Source: Gammaproteobacteria bacterium (GTDB lineage: Bacteria > Pseudomonadota > Gammaproteobacteria > CBDBNL01 > JAAOII01). From it: a stretch of DNA of 64,000 nt. The notes under the pieces are model-generated. The model was given only the letters and a program-made list of their open reading frames with translations. It did not search any database and was not told where the DNA came from. The translations under genes and the position numbers were made by a program. The stretch covers positions 736,001-800,000 of the forward strand of contig OZ242372.1 of NCBI GenBank assembly GCA_965209035.1, in the 5' to 3' direction. Of the stretch, positions 8,678 through 18,541 are shown piece after piece (position 1 is the first letter of the stretch; each line of letters starts with the position of its first letter).

Positions 8678-10705
8678 TCAATGCGTCTTAGCCGACAACC
8701 GTTGAAACAGATACTCTTTTTGTAAACTGCGAACCGCCGCCGGATTCATCACAGACGACACATCCTTTATTTCTTCTCCCATCAAAGCCGACCTTATGGT
8801 TTTACGCATAATTTTCATCGTTCGCGTTTTGGGAAGATCCGCCACTTGCAAGATATGCTTGGGGCAAAAAGAACGCCCCAGATCCTTTGTGATTCTACGG
8901 GTTAAAAGCTCTTCAAGTTCCGCGGCCGAAACATCTTCTTGCCCTTCGGTATCCTTCGGGACATACAAACACAAAATCATATTCCCGGTGTGCTCATCCG
9001 GCAGCCCTATAGCCGCGCATTCCAACACGCGCCCGCTGTGCATCATAGAATTCTCAATTTCAGCCGGGCCGACCCGCTTACCGGAAATCTTGATCACATC
9101 ATCGGACCTCCCGTGAATGAACCAAAAGCCATCCTCGTCACGGGAAACAAGATCGCCGTGCGCCCAATAACCCGGTATTTTATTCCAATAATTTTCCAAG
9201 TAGCCTTTCGGATTCTTCCACAACCCGGCGGTTAACCCGACAGACGAGTGCGTCATGACCAGCTCGCCGATCTCTCCCGTTGCAACCGGACTCCCGTCCG
9301 AGTGTCGAATTTCCGCCCCCATACCGGGTATGGCAATAGAAAAGCCGCCGCGTTTTAGCGGGTGATGCAGGTCGCACAAAAGTATGGAGCCGCTGACTTC
9401 GGTACCGCCGGCCGAATTGAGAATAGGCACCCGCCCTCCGCAAAGATCAAACAACCTGTTCCAGGCGGTTTCGGTCCAGGGTTCGCCGCCGCTAACGATG
9501 ATACGCAAACTGCTCAGATCGTATTTGTCCGGCTCGGCTGCCGGATAACGCATCATATTGCGTATCAAAGCGGGACTCAGTTCAACCCAACTGGCGCGAT
9601 AATCTTGAATCAGCCGCCAAAATCTTCCGTGCTGCGGATAGTCCGGCAAGCCCTCCGCCAGGATCATACTGCCGCCGTTAACCGCCGCAATGGTAGCGGA
9701 CTTAGAGCCGACCATCCATCCCATATCCGCCATGCAAAAATGCCGGTCTCGGGAACGAAAATCCGTTAAGATACCGTGATCAAACAGCATCTTGGTCACA
9801 AGTCCTATGTGCGTATAAACACAGCCTTTCGGACTGCCGGTCGTCCCGGATGTGTAGTGAATGACTGCGGGGGCCATGGCATCCATCGGGACTGTGGCGG
9901 TATTCTTATCTCCGCGAGAAAGAAGTTCTCCCCATTCTATGCTGTTATTCTTATTCTTATTCTTATTCTTATTCTTCCCCGCAATGTCGCGGGTCTCTTC
10001 ACAAGCATCTCCGCGAGCCTCTCCGGAAGTATCAACATAAATGAGAGACTTTAAGTCGGTAAGATCACGCCGGGCTTCTTCCAGCAACTTCTTCATAGGT
10101 ATTTTTTTACCCCGCCGCCAAGCATGTGTCACCGTTACAACCGCCTTCGCATTGGCCGGCCTTAACCGGTCCGCGCAAGCCCGAGGTCCGAAGCCGGAAA
10201 AAAGCGGCATCACTATGGCACCTATTTTTGCTATGCCGTAATACGCGATATAGGTTTCCGCCACATTGGGCATATACAACGCAACCACATCCCCCTGCTT
10301 AATGCCAAGTTCCAACAAGCCGCCGGCAAACTTGCACACCTCCGCATCAAACTGCGCGTAGGTTAGGGTTTTTCTGTCGCCGTTTTCACGCTCTTCAAAA
10401 ATGAAAGTCTTGTGATAGATATCGGATTGGCGATATCTGTCAAGACAGTTCAAAACAAGGTTTGTTTTTCCGCCGACACACCATTGCGTCCAAGGTTTGC
10501 CGCGAGAATCGTCCATGATCTTCGCGTAAGGTTGATAAAACTTCAGATCCCCAAAACGGATCACCGCATCCCACAACCATCCCGGATCCTGCCGAGCCCG
10601 GTCTTCCATCTCTTCAAAAGAATGCAATCCCTCGGCTTTCAAAAACTCACTTTGCCCGGAAGAAGCGATCAGTGCCTCGGAGGGCGACCAGGCATAAGCC
10701 GACAT
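8678..10705 (-). CDS. Acetyl-CoA synthetase-like acyl-CoA ligase
   Basis: YTSGTTGSPKG, GGTE, HGD, GRSDDVIKISGKR, LPKTRTMKIMR; contains a (KN)n insert. Confidence 0.9.
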   Translation of the reverse strand: MSAYAWSPSEALIASSGQSEFLKAEGLHSFEEMEDRARQDPGWLWDAVIRFGDLKFYQPYAKIMDDSRGKPWTQWCVGGKTNLVLNCLDRYRQSDIYHKTFIFEERENGDRKTLTYAQFDAEVCKFAGGLLELGIKQGDVVALYMPNVAETYIAYYGIAKIGAIVMPLFSGFGPRACADRLRPANAKAVVTVTHAWRRGKKIPMKKLLEEARRDLTDLKSLIYVDTSGEARGDACEETRDIAGKNKNKNKNKNNSIEWGELLSRGDKNTATVPMDAMAPAVIHYTSGTTGSPKGCVYTHIGLVTKMLFDHGILTDFRSRDRHFCMADMGWMVGSKSATIAAVNGGSMILAEGLPDYPQHGRFWRLIQDYRASWVELSPALIRNMMRYPAAEPDKYDLSSLRIIVSGGEPWTETAWNRLFDLCGGRVPILNSAGGTEVSGSILLCDLHHPLKRGGFSIAIPGMGAEIRHSDGSPVATGEIGELVMTHSSVGLTAGLWKNPKGYLENYWNKIPGYWAHGDLVSRDEDGFWFIHGRSDDVIKISGKRVGPAEIENSMMHSGRVLECAAIGLPDEHTGNMILCLYVPKDTEGQEDVSAAELEELLTRRITKDLGRSFCPKHILQVADLPKTRTMKIMRKTIRSALMGEEIKDVSSVMNPAAVRSLQKEYLFQRLSAKTH

Positions 10706-10706
10706 T

Positions 10707-11741
10707 TTATTTGTCCTTCGCTTTCTTATCGTTAATCATTTTGCCGCGCAAAGAAGGGGCAACATAAATATTATTAATTCTGTGAACACCTCCCGCCGGA
10801 TAAAAGACCCCCTCATAATGTGCTTCCTCCGGAGTGATATCATAATGATAATGTCCGCCTTGTTGTTTATCTTCCATGTGATAAAAGTGGGTATGCTCGT
10901 GCGAAGGTCGCAGATGCAACCTACCGCCCGTTGGATCGCCGCTCCAAAGGACACTGAAGTTGACAAGATTCGGACCCATCGTCTCATAAAACTGCAGAAA
11001 GTCCCGAAACACTTCATCTTTTTCCTCGTCATAATATTGATGCGCGATGCATTCAAAGTTCGGCATGATATGCGAACGCACCTTGCCCCCCTTCATTTCA
11101 AACACACCGCCCATACCCAATTGCTCACCCTTACCTCTCTCGCGACACAGGTTCACCAACCCCTTGCGAATGTTTAGAGGAAAAGAGCCACTCTTGCCAA
11201 TTCGCTTTTTGACTTTAATATGCATCACATCGCCGGGATTGCCTTCACAAAGAAAGAAGTTTGCCAAGCCACCGTGCAAATAAGAATCATAAGGTTCCAG
11301 AACCGCCCGCTCATCCTCGCCGACGCGCGCCGCTTTGGAACGATTGACGGCATCGCCCAAATGCGCGGAGGCTATTAATTCGCCGCAATTCCCGCCAAGG
11401 ACATCCCGGTGGGCGATGCCCGCACCCAGAATATGACCGCCCGGCAAGCCGCAGGCTGCCGCCAGTCCATCCATATGAAAGCAAATATCCCGGTATGCGG
11501 TATGATGCGCATAGGGCTCACCGCCCAACTCTATGAGTCGTGCGGAACCGCATAATCCGGCAGACGCCGAACCCAAATCGGACAGATCCGGACAGGGTGC
11601 GATTCCCACATCCACAAACGCGTAATCCTCGCGCAGACTCTGTTCCACGGCTGCCGCGAGCATCTCCAACGGCAGCAATGCAAAATCAGCGGAATCCGCC
11701 CACAAGGTCGGATTCTTTAAGGTCCCCTCTTCAACCCGCAT
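10707..11741 (-). CDS. DUF1907 / C11orf54 (PTD012)-like Zn-dependent enzyme
   Basis: CPDL, G.CG..RL.ELGG.PY, ILGAG, ANFFLCEGNPG.V, LGMGGVF, HIMP.F, EHTHF...GGHYHYDITP....YEG.F (three-His Zn site). Likely start 11741, overlapping the panE-like stop. Confidence 0.82.
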   Translation of the reverse strand: MRVEEGTLKNPTLWADSADFALLPLEMLAAAVEQSLREDYAFVDVGIAPCPDLSDLGSASAGLCGSARLIELGGEPYAHHTAYRDICFHMDGLAAACGLPGGHILGAGIAHRDVLGGNCGELIASAHLGDAVNRSKAARVGEDERAVLEPYDSYLHGGLANFFLCEGNPGDVMHIKVKKRIGKSGSFPLNIRKGLVNLCRERGKGEQLGMGGVFEMKGGKVRSHIMPNFECIAHQYYDEEKDEVFRDFLQFYETMGPNLVNFSVLWSGDPTGGRLHLRPSHEHTHFYHMEDKQQGGHYHYDITPEEAHYEGVFYPAGGVHRINNIYVAPSLRGKMINDKKAKDK

Positions 11742-12696
11742 CGGTGTACTTGCTTTCCAATGCCTTAACATAAGCGGTCAGGATATCGTTGACCGGGGTC
11801 GGGATGCCGTGCTTTCGCCCCAGTTTTGCAACCATACCGTTGATGTAATCAATCTCTGTCGGTCTGGAATTGAGAATATCCACACACAGGCTGGACTTGT
11901 TCCCCGGGGTGCCGCCGTGAGGATCGGTGATTTGGTTGAATACCTTAACAGATTCTTCGCGACCAAACTCAAGTCCCTCGGCTGCGGCAACACGCACTGC
12001 TTCTTCTATGGCGGCATAGGACACTTTTCTAAGCGAAGGATCTTCGCTTAATTTTTTTAAAGCAACATCCAAAATACCGCTCGGCGCGCTGACCCCTATG
12101 TTCGCAAAAAGTTTTGCCCAGATGCTGCGACGAATATCGGCAACCGCCTGCGTGGGTAACCCGTTTTGGCTGAGAAAATCCGCAATCTTTTGACTCCTTT
12201 CAGACAGATCACCGGACAGATCATCGGACATCTCGCCGATATAAGTAGGTAACTCGGCATGATTACGAACACAACCCGGGCCTTCCATATTCGCTCCTTG
12301 CGCGGTCAAGCCACCCAGGACGCGATCAGTCCCAAGATGTTCGGCAATCTTCTCTTCGTTACCCAAACCGTTTTGAAAACTAATGGCTATTGTTTGTGTC
12401 TCGGCGGAAAAAAGATATCGCACCGAATCTGCGGCCGCATCGTTGTAAATCGCCTTGCATTGAAAAAATACCAGATCCGTCTCACCAATCTCCTTTGCAT
12501 CCGTGAGTGCGCGCAGTTTGATCATTCTGTCACCGCCGTGACCTATCATTTTGAGACCATCGCGCCTAACGGCATCCATATGCTCTTGCCAAGGATCGAG
12601 TAAAGTGACATCCGCCCCTCCTTCCGCCAATAGGCCGCCAAACAAAGAGCCCATGGCACCGGCACCCGCAATTGTGATTTTTAGTTTGTTCGTCAT
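11731..12696 (-). CDS. 2-dehydropantoate 2-reductase (PanE/ApbA) family 2-ketoacid reductase
   Basis: GAGAMGSLFG, FQNGLG, W.KL..N, SSL..D...RPTEIDYING. Confidence 0.85.
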   Translation of the reverse strand: MTNKLKITIAGAGAMGSLFGGLLAEGGADVTLLDPWQEHMDAVRRDGLKMIGHGGDRMIKLRALTDAKEIGETDLVFFQCKAIYNDAAADSVRYLFSAETQTIAISFQNGLGNEEKIAEHLGTDRVLGGLTAQGANMEGPGCVRNHAELPTYIGEMSDDLSGDLSERSQKIADFLSQNGLPTQAVADIRRSIWAKLFANIGVSAPSGILDVALKKLSEDPSLRKVSYAAIEEAVRVAAAEGLEFGREESVKVFNQITDPHGGTPGNKSSLCVDILNSRPTEIDYINGMVAKLGRKHGIPTPVNDILTAYVKALESKYTDAG

Positions 12697-12746
12697 AATA
12701 AGTAGTAAGTAGTATTAATAAATAAATCTTTAAGGCACTCGCAGCA

Positions 12747-13565
12747 TTAATGCAAGATAACCGAGATATGAGCGGAACCTTTTTCGGTGGAAAAATAAGC
12801 GGCCGCCAGATCACCCGATGTCACCGGCACCGGCTGCGTCAGAGAGCCTGTCAAAATTAAATCGTCTTTCTTAAGAGGCAACCCGCATGCCTTGGCATGA
12901 CAAAAAATCCACTGTAACGGCGGCATCAAATAATCTGCAACCGACATTTGATTTTTGGCATCGGCAACCGGTCTTCCGTTTAGAATCAGCCGGACTTCCC
13001 AAAAATTTGCATCATCCGGAACAACCGGAACAACAGACAGCGGTTCGGAATCCAAAACAACAAACCCGCCGTTACCGTTGTCCGCCAACTGTGCCAGCAT
13101 CCGTTCGCGGGCGCTCGCCCTGTTCATCCAGTCCGCGGCATAGCGACCGGCGGTAATATCAAAAGATAAAAAGATGTCCGCCAACTCACCGAGTTCCAAG
13201 GAAGTTGGCGAGCCCTCGCAGCCCCAATCCGCGGGTGTTTCTTTCAGACGCACCGCCAATTCACATTCAATCTTGGGTTGGCTCTTTGCCGACAGAGAGA
13301 CACAGGAGCCGCTTTCAAAAACATAATCGGCAAGCAGACGACCGGGAATTGGACCGTCATAACCTTCCGCTTTTTGAACTTCCGGTGAAAGTGCGCCAAG
13401 TTTCCAACCACAAGTGGACAACCCAAGCCGTTGAATGACCGCGTCGCGGACCCGATAAGCATCCTCGCGATGACGCGGCAACATCTGCGGCGATGGCGAC
13501 AAGGCGGCCCTATGCGGATTACGAGCCGCGACCAGAGCGACGGTTAAACTCGACGGAGCGGACAC
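12747..13565 (-). CDS. 2-keto-4-pentenoate hydratase (MhpD)/FAA-hydrolase family protein
   Basis: GWKLG, PIPGRL, IECELAV, LADNG, D.ILTGS. Confidence 0.75.
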   Translation of the reverse strand: MSAPSSLTVALVAARNPHRAALSPSPQMLPRHREDAYRVRDAVIQRLGLSTCGWKLGALSPEVQKAEGYDGPIPGRLLADYVFESGSCVSLSAKSQPKIECELAVRLKETPADWGCEGSPTSLELGELADIFLSFDITAGRYAADWMNRASARERMLAQLADNGNGGFVVLDSEPLSVVPVVPDDANFWEVRLILNGRPVADAKNQMSVADYLMPPLQWIFCHAKACGLPLKKDDLILTGSLTQPVPVTSGDLAAAYFSTEKGSAHISVILH

Positions 13566-13666
13566 AAAGCAATCTTTGCGAAGATTGGAGATATCGGTTC
13601 CGGCAATTATGTTGGGCGTGGCGGGCGAGGTGAATATGGCGGGCGCGGTAAATATGACGGCGACGA

Positions 13667-14470
13667 TTAGGTGGCAAAAAACTCGCGCACCTTGTCATCC
13701 TCCATTTCCTGTCCCAGGTAGGCTTCAACCACCCCGTGATCGTTCTTTATTTCCTCGGGACTCCCCTCGGCTATTTTGACGCCATAATCCAAAACAGTGA
13801 CAATGCGACAAGTGTTCATAATCACCTTGAGTATATGCTCCACCAAGATTAAAGTAATATCCATGGCCTTATTCATACGCCGAATAATTTCCATGATATT
13901 ATCCACATTGGCGGGACTCAACCCCGCACCCGGCTCATCCAGCATGAGAAGTTTGGGTTTCATCGCCATCGCGCGCGCCATAGAAATTAATCTTCGCTGA
14001 CCGATGGAAGTTTCACTCGCCGGCATGTCGGCAAAATCCGCCATACCGACAAAATCCAAAAGATCCTTCATTTCTTTTTTTACCCGCTGCTCGGTCTTGC
14101 GAGAGGCGGGGGAGTTAAGCATCAGATCCCAAAAGTTTCTTTTAATATGGCAGTGATGCCCCACCAACACATTTTCAAGAACACTCATCTCCGGCCAAAT
14201 CCGCAACATCTGAAACGAACGAGCCAGCCCCCGTCTCGCAATTTGATGCGGCGGCATACCGGCGATTTTTTCTCCGCAAAATTCAATCTTACCGGAATCC
14301 GGTTTATAGATACCGGATACCACATTAAACAAAGTACTCTTGCCGGAGCCGTTCGGACCAATCACACCGTGAATGTCATGCTCCTTTACCGAAAAACTCA
14401 CATCGTTCAATGCCACAAGACCGCCAAAACTTTTGTTAAGGCGATCAATAACGAGAATGTCCGTCTTCAA
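13667..14470 (-). CDS. livG: Liv-type ABC ATP-binding protein (LivG-like)
   Basis: FGGL.AL, GPNGSGKST, ARSFQ, LDEP.AG, VEH, V.EAYLG. Confidence 0.9.
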   Translation of the reverse strand: MKTDILVIDRLNKSFGGLVALNDVSFSVKEHDIHGVIGPNGSGKSTLFNVVSGIYKPDSGKIEFCGEKIAGMPPHQIARRGLARSFQMLRIWPEMSVLENVLVGHHCHIKRNFWDLMLNSPASRKTEQRVKKEMKDLLDFVGMADFADMPASETSIGQRRLISMARAMAMKPKLLMLDEPGAGLSPANVDNIMEIIRRMNKAMDITLILVEHILKVIMNTCRIVTVLDYGVKIAEGSPEEIKNDHGVVEAYLGQEMEDDKVREFFAT

Positions 14471-15453
14471 GCCCGGGCGCGGTCTCGCTGGGCCGCGATG
14501 AATTTTCGGCGACTCGTATATCGCGTGATGAAGCCGCCAATGCCTTTTGGCATAAACAAAACAGTAAAGACAATGCCGAGACCGAATATGAGCAATTGAT
14601 ATTGATAATACTCGCGAGTGAGATCATAAAAAATTGTAATGATGATCGCGCCGATAATGCCGCCCCATATATTGCCGACACCGCCCAAAATCACCATCAA
14701 CAACAGAGTGACCATTTCTATGATTGTGAAGTTATTCGGATGAATATAGCCCGGCTCCAAATGCGCATACAAACTTCCGGCCGCCCCCGCATAAAAGGCG
14801 CTGATTAAAAATGCCAGTGACTTGTATGTGCGCACAGGGATGCCGGACGTTGCCGCCGCCAAGGAGTCATCTCTGACGGCCTTAAAGCCGCGTCCGAGAG
14901 ACGAGTTTAAAATATTAAAAGAAAAATAGATGCCCATCAAGGTAATCGGCATTAACAAAAAATAATACTTGTTCGGTGTGTCAAGATGAAAACCGAATAA
15001 GTTGGGTGCCGGGATGTTACCAATACCAAGTGTTGTCCCGAAGTAGTCAGTCACCGATATCAAAATTCGCACAGTTTCGGCAAAACCGAGAGTGGCAAGC
15101 GCCAAGTAGGCCCCTTCCAACTTGAAGGAAGGAACGGCGACCAAAAGCCCGACAGCGCCCGTAATAGCGATCGCGGACAAAAAAGCGAGAAAAAACGGAA
15201 AATCAAAATTAATGGAAAGAATGGCGGAACTGTATGCTCCGATGGCATACAAGGCAATATGTCCGACCGTAACCTGCCCCGCAAAACCCTTGACCACATT
15301 CAGCCCGACCGCCAGCAAGATATTAATCATCACAATACAGATCAAATGATCCACATAAAGATTGGGAGTGATTAATGGCACCGGCAGCAAAAGAGCCAAC
15401 GCAACCAGCCAGCCATAGCGCGGATTAATCTTATTAAAAAAAGAAAACTGCAT
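14467..15453 (-). CDS. livM: Liv-type ABC permease (LivM-like)
   Basis: GLN...G.AGQ...GH, G.YLALATL.FAE, GR.F.AVRD, ILGG.G, PKG. Confidence 0.9.
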   Translation of the reverse strand: MQFSFFNKINPRYGWLVALALLLPVPLITPNLYVDHLICIVMINILLAVGLNVVKGFAGQVTVGHIALYAIGAYSSAILSINFDFPFFLAFLSAIAITGAVGLLVAVPSFKLEGAYLALATLGFAETVRILISVTDYFGTTLGIGNIPAPNLFGFHLDTPNKYYFLLMPITLMGIYFSFNILNSSLGRGFKAVRDDSLAAATSGIPVRTYKSLAFLISAFYAGAAGSLYAHLEPGYIHPNNFTIIEMVTLLLMVILGGVGNIWGGIIGAIIITIFYDLTREYYQYQLLIFGLGIVFTVLFMPKGIGGFITRYTSRRKFIAAQRDRARA

Positions 15454-15517
15454 TACTCGTTTTTTGTTACGATTGCGGTTATTTCCGTATCTCTCTTAAT
15501 TAAAAGCGGACACAAAA

Positions 15518-15563
15518 ACAGAAACACCTCCCAAGCACGAATGCGGCGGAGGTGTTTTCTGTG
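15518..15563 (-). terminator. Stem-loop between substrate-binding gene and permease
   Basis: Arms ACAGAAA(A)CACCTCC / GGAGGTGTTTCTGT followed by a T-run on the minus strand; the usual position of a SBP mRNA-stabilising or attenuating hairpin. Confidence 0.6.
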
Positions 15564-15579
15564 AACTTACAAACTGATC

Positions 15580-16776
15580 TTATAAACCAAAATCAGCATC
15601 AAATGTTATAGTATCCAGCACTCTGGTTTGAAAGTTTTTACCGCCTTGGGTATACTCAATCAAAACAGGTGTCCTGTTACCGTCTCGACACTGCGGAGTG
15701 GGTGCCCGACAAAAACTGATAGGACCCGAAGCCAGACCCTGATAGTTCTTTATGTTTGCCAAAGCATCGCGCAAAGCCGCTCTGTCCGCAGCCAGCGTCG
15801 CCGGCTGATTCTTAATATCGGCATTCTCCAATGCAATCTTCATAATTTGCACCATATCCCACGCCTGAGAAAAGTCATGATCGGGCGAAGTGCCATAACG
15901 CTCATTGACCGTCTTGGTAAACTTTTTCGCAATAGGACGCTCGTCGGCATGCGAAAAGGCAGCCGCATAGAAAACGCCCTTAACCGCCTTGCCCGCCAAG
16001 ATAGGAACATCCTGCTTGGACGCCACCGAAGGAGCGACTCTTTTCACCTTTTTGGAAATACCCACTTCATAGGACTGGATAAGCATTCGGGCAACATCGT
16101 CCTGCAGACCGGAAAGAATTAACGCATCCGGTTTGGCCGCCTTGGCCTTAAGAAGAACCGAACGATAGTCCACTTCTTTTTCTTGCACCTGCGCTTCGTA
16201 CACCGGATCCACATTGTATTTTTCTTTCATATAGGCAATGGTATCTTTGGACTGCTTCAAACCGGCGGCATCGGTCGCGTAAATATAAGCAATTTTCTTG
16301 CCCACATTGTTGGCGACATATTCCGCCTGAACCGCATTATAAAAGCGGCCGGAAACAGGAACACGAAATATCCAATCGCTTCCTTTCATCGTGATGCCCG
16401 GATTAGTGGAATGCGGCGTAATCTGCGGCACCCCGGCTTTTGCGGTTACATCCACTATGGGAAGAGTGACCGAACTGCAACTTGAACCTATCACAGCAAG
16501 AACCTTGTGTTGATAGATCAACTTGTTCGCGTTGGCGACTCCTTTTTCGGACTTGCATTCGTCATTGAGAAAAACGAGTTCTATGTCGCGACCGTTAATA
16601 CCGCCCGCATCATTGATTGCTTTAAACTCATCTTCGATCATTTGACCGATTTTGAAGCCCGCATCGCTAATCATCCTAATGGTCACACCAAGTTTCAAAG
16701 TATCCGCGGATACGGAAACAGAGGCGGTCGCCAAAAAGGCAATTAACAAGACATATAATAATTTAATTGATTTCAT
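15580..16776 (-). CDS. Liv-type ABC substrate-binding protein
   Basis: Signal peptide; IN.AGGINGR.IEL, V.AVIG...S, WIFR. Confidence 0.88.
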   Translation of the reverse strand: MKSIKLLYVLLIAFLATASVSVSADTLKLGVTIRMISDAGFKIGQMIEDEFKAINDAGGINGRDIELVFLNDECKSEKGVANANKLIYQHKVLAVIGSSCSSVTLPIVDVTAKAGVPQITPHSTNPGITMKGSDWIFRVPVSGRFYNAVQAEYVANNVGKKIAYIYATDAAGLKQSKDTIAYMKEKYNVDPVYEAQVQEKEVDYRSVLLKAKAAKPDALILSGLQDDVARMLIQSYEVGISKKVKRVAPSVASKQDVPILAGKAVKGVFYAAAFSHADERPIAKKFTKTVNERYGTSPDHDFSQAWDMVQIMKIALENADIKNQPATLAADRAALRDALANIKNYQGLASGPISFCRAPTPQCRDGNRTPVLIEYTQGGKNFQTRVLDTITFDADFGL

Positions 16777-16914
16777 AAGTATTACCTCTAATTGATTTTT
16801 ATATAAATAATCTTACTCATATTTTACTCTATTCAACGCCGGGAAACACATTAAATGACAAAAAACATCATTTTTCAACGGGCGATTTTTTGGAGAATGA
16901 ACGCAGCATCTAAA

Positions 16915-16980
16915 TAAAGCATTGCAAGCACGGAAAGCATAAAAAACATGGAAAACATGGAGCACATTGGAAGCACCGGT
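16915..16980. repeat. Degenerate 9-bp tandem repeat in the divergent SBP/def intergenic region
   Basis: AAGCATTGC AAGCACGGA AAGCATAAA AAACATGGA AAACATGGA GCACATTGG AAGCACCGG. Confidence 0.7.
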
Positions 16981-17078
16981 GAGACTGCCCGGTTCGCTTA
17001 TTTAAAGAGTTCCGGCAAGCACACCCTCTTTCTCTGCGGTGAAACCGGCACGGGTGTGATGAAGTTATAATAACCCAT

Positions 17079-17588
17079 ATGGCAATACGCAACATCCTTG
17101 TTTTTCCGGAACCCCAATTACGCGCAGTCTCAAAAGAGGTCACGGAATTCAACGCAGCACTTCAATCTCTGGAAGCGGAACTTTATGAAACGATGGAAAG
17201 TGTTTCCGGCATCGGGCTGGCGGCAATTCAAGTTGGCATCCCGCTCAGGATTGCGGTCACCCATGTGGAGGAACCTCTGACTATTGTGAACCCGCAAATT
17301 GAGTCTTTGGATGCAACAACCTTAACACACGAGGAGGGTTGCCTGTCCTTGCCCGGTATTCGCGGCGAGATCACACGCCCCAAGAACATTCGCCTGACTG
17401 CCCAAGATATGAAAGGCGAACCTTTTAAAATGCCCGTTCAAGGATTATTGGCCGTCTGTTTACAACACGAGGCGGATCACATGGATGGGAAGTTACTCAT
17501 AGACAGAATATCGCCTTTGAAGCGCGCCGCACTCAACACCGAACTGAGAAATCTAATCGCACTGCAAAGAAAACAAACGGCAAGTTAA
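17079..17588 (+). CDS. def: Peptide deformylase
   Basis: GIGLAAIQ, EGCLS, QHEADH. Confidence 0.97.
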   Translation: MAIRNILVFPEPQLRAVSKEVTEFNAALQSLEAELYETMESVSGIGLAAIQVGIPLRIAVTHVEEPLTIVNPQIESLDATTLTHEEGCLSLPGIRGEITRPKNIRLTAQDMKGEPFKMPVQGLLAVCLQHEADHMDGKLLIDRISPLKRAALNTELRNLIALQRKQTAS

Positions 17589-17596
17589 TTCAGAAG

Positions 17597-18541
17597 TTGA
17601 TTAAATATGCTCTTGTCGGCACGCCGCAGTTTGCGGCCGATATCGGCGAACGACTTCTGGCAAGCGGGGACAAGCCCGCGTTCATTTTAACCAGAGCGGA
17701 TAAGCCGGCGGGGCGCGGGCAAAAGGTCGTGCCCTCGCCTATGCGTTCTTTGGCATTGCGACATTCCGTTCCCTGTATTGTTGCCGAACAACCCGGCGAA
17801 CTTCACCCGGATCGCATTTGTAACTATGATGTCCGCTTGTTAATTGTCATCGCCTTTGGATTGTTCCTGCCGGTGAGTCTTTTGAAACAAGTGCGCTGCG
17901 TCAATCTGCATCCTTCTTTATTGCCGCGTTGGCGCGGCGCTGCGCCGATTGAACGGGCGATAGAAGCCGGTGATGCGGAAAGCGGGATCACGCTAATGCG
18001 CGTGAGCAACCGGCTGGATGCCGGTCCTATCCTCATGCAAAAAAAGTGTGTCTTGGAAGACGAGACAGAGACGGCCGCAAGTTTGGCAGACAAATTAAAA
18101 GATATGGCGGTAACCGCTTTGAAGGAATATCTCGCTGCGCCCGACCAATACAAAGAAGAACCGCAAGACGATTCTCTGGCATCCTACGCCGCCAAGATTG
18201 AAAAAACCGAAACCCGTATCAACTGGACGGAGGCGGCACAGACCATCGCGCGACGGATTCGCGCTTTTAATCCGAGCCCCGGATGTTGGACCGAGTATCA
18301 CGGTCAAAGATTAAAGATTTGGATGGCCACCGCGGCGACCGACCCGACAAACCGGCCGGAACAAACAACAAAACATCCGCCGGGCACGGTTGTAAAAAGT
18401 GACCGGAACAGTTTGTCCGTTGCCGGCGGTGACGGCTGCTTGGAAGTGACGCAGTTGCAGTTTGCCGGCAGCACAAAAACGGATGTGGCGGCGGCAACCA
18501 ACCTGCCCCGACCGGGTGAGGTTCTTGGGACAACGCGCTAA
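17597..18541 (+). CDS. fmt: Methionyl-tRNA formyltransferase
   Basis: GTPQFA, NLHPSLLPRWRGAAPI, LDAGP; follows def. Confidence 0.95.
   Translation: MIKYALVGTPQFAADIGERLLASGDKPAFILTRADKPAGRGQKVVPSPMRSLALRHSVPCIVAEQPGELHPDRICNYDVRLLIVIAFGLFLPVSLLKQVRCVNLHPSLLPRWRGAAPIERAIEAGDAESGITLMRVSNRLDAGPILMQKKCVLEDETETAASLADKLKDMAVTALKEYLAAPDQYKEEPQDDSLASYAAKIEKTETRINWTEAAQTIARRIRAFNPSPGCWTEYHGQRLKIWMATAATDPTNRPEQTTKHPPGTVVKSDRNSLSVAGGDGCLEVTQLQFAGSTKTDVAAATNLPRPGEVLGTTR

Noticed and set aside
7850-10705. menB/menE menaquinone genes
   Set aside because: No other men genes, the ligase is ACS-like rather than MenE-like, and the MenB Asp motif is altered.
11731-12696. Calling this panE for pantothenate synthesis
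   Set aside because: The family is clear but the context is catabolic with no panB/panC, so the symbol is withheld.
16910-17152. Cys-rich small peptide (CFQCAPCFPCFLCFPCLQC)
   Set aside because: Product of a 9-bp repeat read antisense and overlapping def; no modifying enzymes nearby.
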